The position numbers and the translations under genes are program-made. Positions 8,877 to 17,077 of a stretch of 56,944 nt of DNA are shown in pieces. Position 1 is the first letter of the stretch. Each line of letters opens with the position of its first letter. The notes under the pieces were generated by a model. That model was not told where the DNA came from. It ran no database searches and was given only the letters and a program-made list of their open reading frames with translations. The stretch comes from Crocinitomicaceae bacterium (GTDB lineage: Bacteria; Bacteroidota; Bacteroidia; Flavobacteriales_D; Crocinitomicaceae): positions 1 through 56,944 of the forward strand of contig JBIIVA010000001.1 in NCBI GenBank assembly GCA_044339705.1. The letters are read 5' to 3'.

Positions 8877-9998
8877 ATGATTGAGCGAATTATCAAGCAA
8901 AATATTATCAATAAACTTTTCAAAGGAAAAGCGATCATTCTTTTAGGTCCGCGTCAGGTAGGTAAAACAACCTTGCTCAAAGAAATAATAAAAGACAGAA
9001 AAGATGCACTTTGGCTCAATGCCGATGAGCCGGATATTCAAGCCTTATTTGAAAACGCAACTTCAACTCGCTTCAAAAATTATTTTGGTATTCATAAAAT
9101 CATCGTAATTGATGAAGCTCAAACAATTACAGACATAGGAATCAAGCTAAAAATCATCATAGATTCCTTACCGGAAATTCAAGTCATTGCTACAGGTTCG
9201 TCAGCTTTTGAGATAAAAAACAAAACCAATGAGCCACTAACTGGTCGTAAATGGCAATTTCAACTCTTTCCTTTTTCATTTTCAGAACTCGCAAATCATC
9301 ATGGTTTAATCGAGGAAAAACGGATGATTCCTGTACGCTTACTTTACGGTGCATATCCTGAAATAACCTTACATCAAGGTGAAGAAAAAGAACGATTGAA
9401 ATTATTATCAGAAAGCTATTTATACAAGGATATTTTGATGTTTGAAGGATTGAAAATGCCAGAAAAACTTGTTCATTTACTTCAACTGCTGGCATTCAGA
9501 ATAGGAACAGAAATCAATTACAACAACTTGTCCAAAAAACTTAAAATTGACAATGCGACCGTTGAGAAATACGTTAAACTCTTGGAAGACAGTTTTATCA
9601 TTTTTCGGTTAAAGGCATTGAGTCGCAATCACGCCAAAGAATTGAAAAAAGGGCGGAAAATTTATTTTATAGATAACGGTGTCGTCAATGCGCTGTTGGG
9701 AAATTTCAATCTTCCTGAAAATCGGGCTGACGTTGGCGCATTATGGGAAAATTATGTTATTGGCGAGATCTATAAAAAATACCACTACGAAAATCGTTGG
9801 GCGAATTTCTATTTTTGGAGAACGCAAGATCAACAAGAAATTGATTTAGTAATCGAAGAAAATCAAGTATTTCATGCATTCGAAATAAAGTGGAACCAAA
9901 ACACCAAAGCGCGACTCAGTAAGACGTTTTCGAGAAATTACGAAAATCATCATTTCAACGTAATCAATCCATCTAATTTAGAGGAGTTTTTATTGTAA
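8877..9998 (+). CDS. AAA+ ATPase with a C-terminal DUF4143-type PD-(D/E)xK-like domain (COG1373 family)
   Basis: Walker A is GPRQVGKTTLLKE and Walker B is KIIVIDEAQ. The C-terminal EIDLVIEENQVFHAFEIKW fits a D...ExK nuclease-fold signature. I prefer the ATG at 8877 over the track's TTG at 8868. Confidence 0.8.
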   Translation: MIERIIKQNIINKLFKGKAIILLGPRQVGKTTLLKEIIKDRKDALWLNADEPDIQALFENATSTRFKNYFGIHKIIVIDEAQTITDIGIKLKIIIDSLPEIQVIATGSSAFEIKNKTNEPLTGRKWQFQLFPFSFSELANHHGLIEEKRMIPVRLLYGAYPEITLHQGEEKERLKLLSESYLYKDILMFEGLKMPEKLVHLLQLLAFRIGTEINYNNLSKKLKIDNATVEKYVKLLEDSFIIFRLKALSRNHAKELKKGRKIYFIDNGVVNALLGNFNLPENRADVGALWENYVIGEIYKKYHYENRWANFYFWRTQDQQEIDLVIEENQVFHAFEIKWNQNTKARLSKTFSRNYENHHFNVINPSNLEEFLL

Positions 9999-10151
9999 GC
10001 TGTTTTGAGAGTGTTTATCCCTTCTACATCGGTCACTGCAATATTTCACCTCATCCCAGTTTTTCTCCCACTTTTTGCGCCAGGAAAATTCCTTTTTACA
10101 AGAAACACAAATTTTAGTAGGAAGGTAACTTTTGTTTCCTTTGAAACTCAT
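9990..10151 (-). CDS. DUF2256 domain-containing small zinc-ribbon protein (53 aa)
   Basis: Below the track's length cutoff. Translation: MSFKGNKSYLPTKICVSCKKEFSWRKKWEKNWDEVKYCSDRCRRDKHSQNSLQ. This is the DUF2256 signature (K-x-C-x2-C...F-x-WRKKW...W-D-E-V-KYCS-x-RCR). Its ATG overlaps the SDR stop as ATGA, and its stop region overlaps the convergent ATPase gene by 9 nt. Confidence 0.75.
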   Translation of the reverse strand: MSFKGNKSYLPTKICVSCKKEFSWRKKWEKNWDEVKYCSDRCRRDKHSQNSLQ

Positions 10152-10822
10152 ACTTTCAGGGTCGACATGCCACCATCAATATGCAGAACTTGACCAGTCA
10201 TCCAATTTGAGTTATCACCCAACAAAAATGCTACTGCGTTTGCCAAATCCTCTTTTTTACCAACTTTTTTCAATGGATGTTTTTGACCTGCCATTTCCTC
10301 TTTTTCGGGCGTACTTAAAAACTTTTGAGCCAATTTTGTGTTCGTCAAAGATGGTGCGATACAATTCACGCGAATTTTAGGTGCAAACTCAGCCGCCAGA
10401 GCGCGCGTAAGACCTTCAACCGCACCTTTAGCAACTGAAACCGCGCTGTGAAAAGGCATTCCTACCTGCACAGCAACGGTACTAAATAAAATAATACTTG
10501 CCCCTTGGTTTAACTTTGCTTGGTATTTTTGAATGGTATTAATTGCTCCAAGCACATTTATTTCCAGTTCGTTTTGAAAATCAGTCTGTTTCAAAGATCG
10601 AAATGGTTTCAAGGTAATACTTCCGGGAAAATAAACGAGTCCATCAATATTATCTTCGATTTCTGGTAATTCATTCGATACAGCATTTCCTAACAGCGCT
10701 TGCGGAAGCTCATCGGATTGATTACGTGTTACGCAAATCACCTTATTCCCTTGATTTTCAATTTTTTTTAGTGTAGCTAAAGCAACATCGGAATTAGCTC
10801 CGATAAAAAGAAATGTTTTCAT
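10148..10822 (-). CDS. Atypical short-chain dehydrogenase/reductase (SDR) family protein
   Basis: It has the SDR fold landmarks: an N-terminal Rossmann motif FLFIGANSDVA, LFSTVAV, VAKGAVEGLTRALAAEF, and a C-terminal TGQVLHIDGG. By eye, the position of the catalytic Tyr in YxxxK is Val (SAVSVAK). I prefer the ATG at 10822 over the track's TTG at 10870. Confidence 0.7.
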   Translation of the reverse strand: MKTFLFIGANSDVALATLKKIENQGNKVICVTRNQSDELPQALLGNAVSNELPEIEDNIDGLVYFPGSITLKPFRSLKQTDFQNELEINVLGAINTIQKYQAKLNQGASIILFSTVAVQVGMPFHSAVSVAKGAVEGLTRALAAEFAPKIRVNCIAPSLTNTKLAQKFLSTPEKEEMAGQKHPLKKVGKKEDLANAVAFLLGDNSNWMTGQVLHIDGGMSTLKV

Positions 10823-10879
10823 GATTGCATAACATTTCTCGAGCAAACCTTGTTCGTTGTCAAGATTCAAATACTAAAC

Positions 10880-12004
10880 TTAGGCTGCGTGAATATAACG
10901 CATCGTTTGAAAACAAAGTTGAGTGAAAAGGATTTTTGCGTTTGCGTTTCGGTCTATGTGATAATGAGCGTCATTAAATGTTTCTTGAAACTCACGAATA
11001 TTGTTTCCTGAAATAAAAGGAGCAAATTTCTTTAAAAAGTTCTCTTCTTCTTCAGAAACACGCATCATTTCAGAACCGATATAATTGGCTAAAATACTTT
11101 GTCGAAACATGTTAAGCGAGTACAATAGGAAAAACTTCTGTCGCTCTTTAGGTTCGTTTGCGATTTTATCTGCCCAGTCTAACATGCCAATTACATCCTT
11201 TTTATAGCTAACGCGCATCATTTGAATAAACTGCTCGCGATATATGGCCTGATTTTCATTGGCGTTTAAATATTCTTGAGCGACTAAAAAGTCGCCTTCT
11301 GAAAATGAGGCAGCAGAATCAGCCTCAGCTCGATTTAAATCAAAATTATTAACAAGGTAGGTGCTCAAATCATCATTTGCAATCCTTGGTACATTTACTT
11401 TTTGGGTTCGTGATTGAATGGTTCCGATCAGTTTTTCTATATTTTCACACACCAAAAGAATGTAGGTTTTAGCGGGTGGTTCTTCAATTATTTTTAATAA
11501 CTTGTTCGAACATTGAATATTCATTTCCTCTGCCATCCAAATAATCATAACCTTCGGGCCTCCCTCATAGGATTTTAAGCTCAGTTTATGAATGATCTCT
11601 ACACTTTCTTTTGCCGGAATTATCGGTCTTTGAGTTTTTGAGTCAATTCTAGCAGACCAACTAGCAAAATCAAAGTAAGGTGTTGTATTCAGTTGTTCTC
11701 GCCACTTCTCGATTGCACCCATAGAGACTTCCTGTAACGAGGCTACAATTGGGTAAACATAATGAATATCAGGGTGATTAAACTCTTGCACACGTTTGCA
11801 CGAGGGACAAACTCCACAACTATCCCTCTCCATTTTTTGTTCACAAAACAAATATTGAGCAAAGCTTAAGGCCAATGGAAGCGTTCCCGAACCAGGTTTT
11901 CCATGAAATAACTTCGCATGAGCTATTTTTCCGGAATTAATTTCCTTGATTAATTCTGCTTTGATTGACTCTTGACCAATTACATCCGTGAATTTCACAA
12001 TCAA
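10880..12004 (-). CDS. holB: DNA polymerase III subunit delta-prime
   Basis: Motifs are GKIAHAKLFHGKPGSGTLPLALSFAQYLFCE, a Zn module CGVCPSCKR, and SRTQ (IQSRTQKVNV). The length of 374 aa fits. Confidence 0.85.
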   Translation of the reverse strand: MIVKFTDVIGQESIKAELIKEINSGKIAHAKLFHGKPGSGTLPLALSFAQYLFCEQKMERDSCGVCPSCKRVQEFNHPDIHYVYPIVASLQEVSMGAIEKWREQLNTTPYFDFASWSARIDSKTQRPIIPAKESVEIIHKLSLKSYEGGPKVMIIWMAEEMNIQCSNKLLKIIEEPPAKTYILLVCENIEKLIGTIQSRTQKVNVPRIANDDLSTYLVNNFDLNRAEADSAASFSEGDFLVAQEYLNANENQAIYREQFIQMMRVSYKKDVIGMLDWADKIANEPKERQKFFLLYSLNMFRQSILANYIGSEMMRVSEEEENFLKKFAPFISGNNIREFQETFNDAHYHIDRNANAKILFTQLCFQTMRYIHAA

Positions 12005-12080
12005 AGTTAATAAAATTGTAAATTAAGTTTGAAACGATTTGTTATTCGCACTACTTTTATTGACAATAAATGCAATAACT

Positions 12081-12740
12081 ATGAAACTAATTTACGTTCT
12101 TTTTTCAATTTTAATTTCTGCTTGCACTTTCGGGCAATCTATGCGGGTTAAGGAAGGAAACATGAGCACTTCCAAAGGTTCTCAAAACTCCCTTTCGATA
12201 GAAATTCCTTTTGTTGATGAATCCTTTTTTCAAGATGAGTTAAAAAGTTATCTTAAGGATTGGGGTAAGTGTAAAGAAAGTAAAGACGAATATTCTGTAC
12301 TACTTGGAGAATGGAAAGATTATGGCAAAAAAACATTTGATGTTTATGCTCGTTACGAGGTTAAAAAAGATGCCTTAATTAGTGTTTCTTTCGCATTTGA
12401 TCTAGGAGGTGCTTTCCTAAATAGTAAGGATCATTCCACTCAATATGAACTTTTCAAGAAGTCCATTGAATCTTTTGGTCGAACGTGCGCTTCCAATTTC
12501 ATCAATAGTCAATTAGAAAAAGAAAACAAATCACTTAAAGCCCTTGAAAAGGAGCAGAAAGAGCTAGAGGAAGAAAAAATGGAAATGGAAAAAGAAATCG
12601 AAGATTATAAAAAAAGAATCGAAGAGAACCTGAAGAAAATCGAGGAAAATAAAGCTACTCAGGAAAAACAAAAAGAGTCGATAAAAACACAATCAAGTAA
12701 AATTCAAGAAATCGATAAAAAGAAAAAGGATATTTATTAA
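12081..12740 (+). CDS. Hypothetical lipoprotein/secreted protein with a C-terminal coiled coil
   Basis: The ATG at 12081 gives MKLIYVLFSILISACTFGQ (lipobox-like LISAC). The last ~80 aa are a Glu/Lys-rich heptad-like sequence (KALEKEQKELEEEKMEMEKEIEDYKKRIEENLKKIEENK). Confidence 0.5.
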   Translation: MKLIYVLFSILISACTFGQSMRVKEGNMSTSKGSQNSLSIEIPFVDESFFQDELKSYLKDWGKCKESKDEYSVLLGEWKDYGKKTFDVYARYEVKKDALISVSFAFDLGGAFLNSKDHSTQYELFKKSIESFGRTCASNFINSQLEKENKSLKALEKEQKELEEEKMEMEKEIEDYKKRIEENLKKIEENKATQEKQKESIKTQSSKIQEIDKKKKDIY

Positions 12741-13411
12741 TCATCGATTCCTTTTATAAGTAGCACAATTTCTCCTTTCGGAATATTTGTTTTGAAGTAT
12801 CCTAAAATCTCTTGTAACTGCCCTCGGTGAAACGTTTCAAACATTTTACTTATTTCACGAACCACACATATTTCTCTGGTTAAGTCGAAATGCTCTGTCA
12901 TTTGTTCTAAGGTCTTTACAAGGCGATGGGGCGATTCATACAAAACAATGGTTCGATCTTCCTGAGAGAGCATTTTCAACCGCGTTTGTCGGCCTTTCTT
13001 GTGAGGTAAAAATCCTTCAAAAACAAACTTGTCACAAGGAAAGCCACTGGCTACTAACGCCGGAACAAATGCTGTAGGGCCTGGTAAGCAGCAAACTTCA
13101 ATCCCATTTTGAATGCAAGCTCGAACTAATAAAAATCCAGGATCTGAAATTCCTGGAGTTCCTGCATCAGAAACCAAAACAGCATTCGTAACACCTTGAA
13201 TCATTTCAATCGATTTTTCCAAAAACCGATGTTCATTGTGGGCATGAAACGGTAAACATCTTTTAGAGACACCCAGATGATCTAATAGTTTTTTTGTTAC
13301 CCTCGTATCCTCAGAAAAAATGAGTTCAGCCTCTTTTAAGGTTCGAATTGAGCGTAGAGTTATATCCTCCAAGTTTCCAATTGGTGTGGGTACTAAAATT
13401 AACATTGACAT
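12737..13411 (-). CDS. rsmI: 16S rRNA (cytidine1402-2'-O)-methyltransferase
   Basis: LILVPTPIGNLEDITLRSIRTLKEAELIFSEDTR and SDAGTPGISDPG are tetrapyrrole-methylase-fold RsmI motifs. Length is 224 aa. Confidence 0.9.
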   Translation of the reverse strand: MSMLILVPTPIGNLEDITLRSIRTLKEAELIFSEDTRVTKKLLDHLGVSKRCLPFHAHNEHRFLEKSIEMIQGVTNAVLVSDAGTPGISDPGFLLVRACIQNGIEVCCLPGPTAFVPALVASGFPCDKFVFEGFLPHKKGRQTRLKMLSQEDRTIVLYESPHRLVKTLEQMTEHFDLTREICVVREISKMFETFHRGQLQEILGYFKTNIPKGEIVLLIKGIDD

Positions 13412-13413
13412 TT

Positions 13414-14181
13414 CTAACGGGTTAACACAACGTAGTCGTTTAAAACTGTTTCTAAAAATTTAATTTGTTCGTTGGGGGCTTCATGTAGACCAAGCAAGCG
13501 GGCAGTTTCTTCTGACAAACGAATCAGTAATTGATCAATTTCTTGTCCTTTGTATTTCTTACGATGTTGAACACAATTTTTGATATAAATCATGTCTTCA
13601 TCTGTAAATTTTATGACATTTAAATAGGTCGGAATATAATTTTCATGTGATTTGATTTTTAAAACATCTTTTAATTGGTAGTATTGACTTGATTTATTTT
13701 TTATTACGATTGTGCCGGCAAGAGAATCACCAATTCGTTGATGCCGAGTTGAAAGCGAAACGATAAAGGCATCAAAAACATTCCAAAAAGGAATAAGAAA
13801 AATGAAATAACTTGTTGAAATCCATAGAAAATCGCCCCTTAAAAGCCATCGAATCATCACTTCACGCCAACCGACTCGTTCACCATTAAATTGTACGACA
13901 CGAATTCCAAGAGCCATTTTACCAATCGTTTGTCCCCCTGTTAGATGCTCCATTACGGGTTGATAAAGAATCCAAGGTAATTTGGCAAGTAGTAACATAA
14001 AAAACAACCATGTTCCGAAATTGGTAAAAAAGTCATCAAATTGAACGGCCATAGCTACAATTAACAAATAAACACTTAAAATGATCGTGTCAATTACGTA
14101 TGCCATGGTACGTTGAATGACCGTTGCTATTTCATATTCTATTTCAACATATTGCGCCGATGTAAAATTAATTTTTGCCAT
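13414..14181 (-). CDS. RDD family membrane protein
   Basis: Three hydrophobic spans are present. GQTIGKMALGIRVV and the following Arg/Asp-containing segment are typical of the RDD family. It lies 2 nt from both neighbours, so it is in an operon with radA and rsmI. Confidence 0.65.
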   Translation of the reverse strand: MAKINFTSAQYVEIEYEIATVIQRTMAYVIDTIILSVYLLIVAMAVQFDDFFTNFGTWLFFMLLLAKLPWILYQPVMEHLTGGQTIGKMALGIRVVQFNGERVGWREVMIRWLLRGDFLWISTSYFIFLIPFWNVFDAFIVSLSTRHQRIGDSLAGTIVIKNKSSQYYQLKDVLKIKSHENYIPTYLNVIKFTDEDMIYIKNCVQHRKKYKGQEIDQLLIRLSEETARLLGLHEAPNEQIKFLETVLNDYVVLTR

Positions 14182-14183
14182 GA

Positions 14184-15542
14184 CTAAGAAAAAACATTTT
14201 TCACAACTTCTTCAATCTTAGAGCAACTAACCACTTCTAGTTTATTTTTTTTCAAATCGATTCCTTTCGAAAAACTGGAAATAATGACTTTTTCGTAACC
14301 CAATTTCGCAACTTCGGAAAGTCTTTGCTCCAGTCTATTTACCGCTCTAATTTCACCGGATAGACCAATTTCAGCGGCAAAGGCAACCGTTTTTGGAATT
14401 GCTAAGTCGGCATTTGAAGACAATACAGCCATTGCAACTGCTAAATCGATTGCAGGGTCGTCAACCTTTATTCCTCCAGCAATATTTAAGAAAACGTCTT
14501 TTGCCCCTAGTTTAAATCCACATCTTTTTTCAAGAACAGCCAACAGCATATTTAAACGTTTGGAATCAAAACCTGTGGATGAACGCTGTGGGGTTCCATA
14601 AGCAGCACTACTAACCAAGGCTTGTACCTCCACCAATAATGGGCGCATTCCTTCAATGGTCGAGGCTATTGCTATTCCGCTTAGGTTTTGATTTGAATTC
14701 GAAATTAAAATCTCCGAGGGGTTCTCAACCGGACGCAATCCGGCGCCATGCATTTCATAGATGCCGAGTTCGTTTGTTGAACCAAAGCGATTTTTAATGG
14801 CACGAAGTAACCTGTAAATGTGGTTTCGATCACCTTCAAATTGCAATACGCTATCAACCATGTGCTCCAGCACTTTAGGCCCTGCAATGGAACCATCTTT
14901 TGTTATATGACCGATTAGAAATACCGGTATGGCTGTTTGCTTGGCAAAACGCAATAATTGAGCTGTGCACTCTCTTACTTGAGAAATACTGCCTGGAGAG
15001 CTTTCGATATTCGAAGAAAACAATGTTTGAATGGAATCAATCACGACCAATTGAGGATTCAATTCTTTGGCTTGTAATAATATTTGTTCAAGATTTGTTT
15101 CTGTCAAAAGATAACAGTTTTCATTTTTTAAGCCCAGACGATCTGCTCGCATTCTGATTTGACGATCGCTTTCCTCGCCTGAAACATATAAAACTTTCAA
15201 TGATTCTGTTATGGCAAGTTGCAGCAAGAGCGTTGATTTTCCGATTCCAGGGTCTCCTCCCAATAGAACGATTGATCCGGGAACTATTCCTCCCCCGAGT
15301 ACCCGATTAAATTCTTGATCTAATGAGGTTATCCGTTCCTCGTTTTCCTTTTTTACATCTTGAATTAACTGTGGTAAAGCACTTCTCGAATCGGTTGAAA
15401 ATGCGATAACATTCTTATTTGTTTTCTGAACTATTTCTTCGACAAATGAATTCCACTGATTACAAGACGGACACTGCCCCATGAATTTTGATGATTCATA
15501 CCCACAATTTTGACAGAAAAAAGACGATTTTATTTTCGACAT
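14184..15542 (-). CDS. radA: DNA repair protein RadA/Sms
   Basis: It has an N-terminal Zn finger (CQNCGYESSKFMGQCPSCNQW), Walker A (GDPGIGKST), the KNRFG motif (IKNRFGSTNE) and a Lon-like C-terminal domain. Confidence 0.95.
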   Translation of the reverse strand: MSKIKSSFFCQNCGYESSKFMGQCPSCNQWNSFVEEIVQKTNKNVIAFSTDSRSALPQLIQDVKKENEERITSLDQEFNRVLGGGIVPGSIVLLGGDPGIGKSTLLLQLAITESLKVLYVSGEESDRQIRMRADRLGLKNENCYLLTETNLEQILLQAKELNPQLVVIDSIQTLFSSNIESSPGSISQVRECTAQLLRFAKQTAIPVFLIGHITKDGSIAGPKVLEHMVDSVLQFEGDRNHIYRLLRAIKNRFGSTNELGIYEMHGAGLRPVENPSEILISNSNQNLSGIAIASTIEGMRPLLVEVQALVSSAAYGTPQRSSTGFDSKRLNMLLAVLEKRCGFKLGAKDVFLNIAGGIKVDDPAIDLAVAMAVLSSNADLAIPKTVAFAAEIGLSGEIRAVNRLEQRLSEVAKLGYEKVIISSFSKGIDLKKNKLEVVSCSKIEEVVKNVFS

Positions 15543-15735
15543 GCGATTTTAAAGTTAAGTTAAATTTCCAAAATGCTTAATTCGGGTTAAATTAAATTTC
15601 GGTTTTTCTTTTTTGAGGTTGAAACAAATTTCGTAAAACAAAAGGTGAACAAAATAAGAAGAATACTAACTATCCAAAGTTGAAAATTTTTTTTACTTTT
15701 TTTTTCGATAAAATCTTTTGGAAAAACAAAAAATA

Positions 15736-15743
15736 TAAATTTG
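15736..15743 (+). promoter_or_regulatory. Candidate -7 promoter box (TAAATTTG)
   Basis: Matches TAnnTTTG and lies 24 nt upstream of the ATG at 15767, inside an AT-rich 224-bp intergenic region. Confidence 0.3.
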
Positions 15744-15766
15744 TCGGCATAAAATTTTGATTCAGT

Positions 15767-16120
15767 ATGTCAAAAAGAAGATCAATCATCAGTTACGACA
15801 AATTAACAATCGAGCAGAAAAAACAAATCCTGAGGGACTTTCCGGATGGATATATCAATCATCTAACAACCATAAAAACGCCTACCGGAGAGATTCTAGA
15901 TGCATTGATGTGGGAAACAGACGAAGTTATTTATCTTGTCAAAATCAATAAAATAGCGCCGAAGTCCAAACCCGTAGTGGAAGACGATGAAGAAGATTTT
16001 GAAGAAGATTTCGATAAAGTTCCGGGAATTAAAGACGATGAGTTAGACGATGCGGATGACGAAGAAGAGGATGACTATGACCAGCCTGACGACGATGGCG
16101 ATGAGGATGATGAAGATTAA
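15767..16120 (+). CDS. Hypothetical protein with an extremely acidic C-terminal tail
   Basis: 117-aa ORF. A folded-looking N-terminal ~65 aa is followed by about 50 residues that are mostly Asp/Glu (VVEDDEEDFEEDFDK...DDADDEEEDDYDQPDDDGDEDDED). Confidence 0.6.
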   Translation: MSKRRSIISYDKLTIEQKKQILRDFPDGYINHLTTIKTPTGEILDALMWETDEVIYLVKINKIAPKSKPVVEDDEEDFEEDFDKVPGIKDDELDDADDEEEDDYDQPDDDGDEDDED

Positions 16121-16167
16121 TTAAATCGAATTAAATATCTTTCTTAAATTTGGGTTTCATTTCAACT

Positions 16168-17076
16168 ATGAAACCCTTTTTATTTTCAGATGTACCCATT
16201 TCTCCGGCCGTTGATAAGGTTGGAGTAGAAGAACGTGTTGCGCGGTTCCAAACTCGCAGCATCAAAAACGAATCTAAACTTCAAGGTCTGAAAATGGTTT
16301 TGAATATGATTGATTTAACAACGCTTGAAGGTAAAGATACATCAGGTAAGGTTAAGCAAATGTGCTACAAAGCTAGGCACTTACATGACTTACATCCTGA
16401 TTTACCCGCTGTTGCCGCTGTTTGTGTTTATCCTTCCATGGTGGCAACGGCCAGAAAAGAACTTAAAAATTCACCTGTTAAAATTGCATCTGTTTCAACC
16501 GCTTTTCCTTCTGGACAAGCTCCGATGGAAGTTAAAGTTACTGACACCAAATTTGCCGTAAATGAAGGAGCCGACGAAATTGACATGGTGATTTCTCGTG
16601 GAAAATTTCTTTCAGGTGAATACAATTATGTTTTTGATGAAATTGCAGCAATAAAAGAGGTTTGTGGAAAAGCCCGTCTCAAGGTAATTCTTGAAACAGG
16701 TGAGCTTGCAACTTTGGACAACGTTAGAAAAGCAAGCGATATTGCTATTTATGCCGGGGCTGATTTTATCAAAACTTCAACTGGAAAAATTCAACCTGCC
16801 GCAACCATGCAAGTTACATATACGATGTTGATGGCCATTCGCGATTATTTCGATGAAACAGGTATAATGATAGGAATGAAACCTGCCGGTGGAATTTCTA
16901 CTTCCAAATTAGCTCTTCACAACTTGGTTATGGTGAAAGAAATTTTAGGTGATGCCTGGCTGAATAATCAGTGGTTCCGTTTTGGAGCGAGTAGTTTGGC
17001 AAATGACGTACTCATGCAACTATTAAAAACGGAAACGGGTGTTTATCAGTCTTCCGATTACTTTAGTATAGATTAA
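16168..17076 (+). CDS. deoC: Deoxyribose-phosphate aldolase (long, eukaryote-like form)
   Basis: Motifs are MIDLTTLEGKDT, the active-site Lys context ADFIKTSTGK, and GMKPAGGI. I prefer the ATG at 16168 over the track's TTG at 16150. The stop lies 1 nt before the ALDH start. Confidence 0.85.
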   Translation: MKPFLFSDVPISPAVDKVGVEERVARFQTRSIKNESKLQGLKMVLNMIDLTTLEGKDTSGKVKQMCYKARHLHDLHPDLPAVAAVCVYPSMVATARKELKNSPVKIASVSTAFPSGQAPMEVKVTDTKFAVNEGADEIDMVISRGKFLSGEYNYVFDEIAAIKEVCGKARLKVILETGELATLDNVRKASDIAIYAGADFIKTSTGKIQPAATMQVTYTMLMAIRDYFDETGIMIGMKPAGGISTSKLALHNLVMVKEILGDAWLNNQWFRFGASSLANDVLMQLLKTETGVYQSSDYFSID

Positions 17077-17077
17077 T

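Noticed and set aside
5658-9998. Classifying the plus-strand islet as a mobile element or genomic island
   Set aside because: I found no integrase, transposase, tRNA attachment site or flanking direct or inverted repeats. It is therefore reported only as a putative insertion inferred from gene order, not as a mobile_element feature.
10005-10380. Plus-strand track ORFs 10005-10193 and 10132-10380
   Set aside because: The opposite strand here encodes the recognisable DUF2256 protein and the C-terminus of the SDR (…GQVLHIDGGMSTLKV). The plus-strand ORFs have no features.
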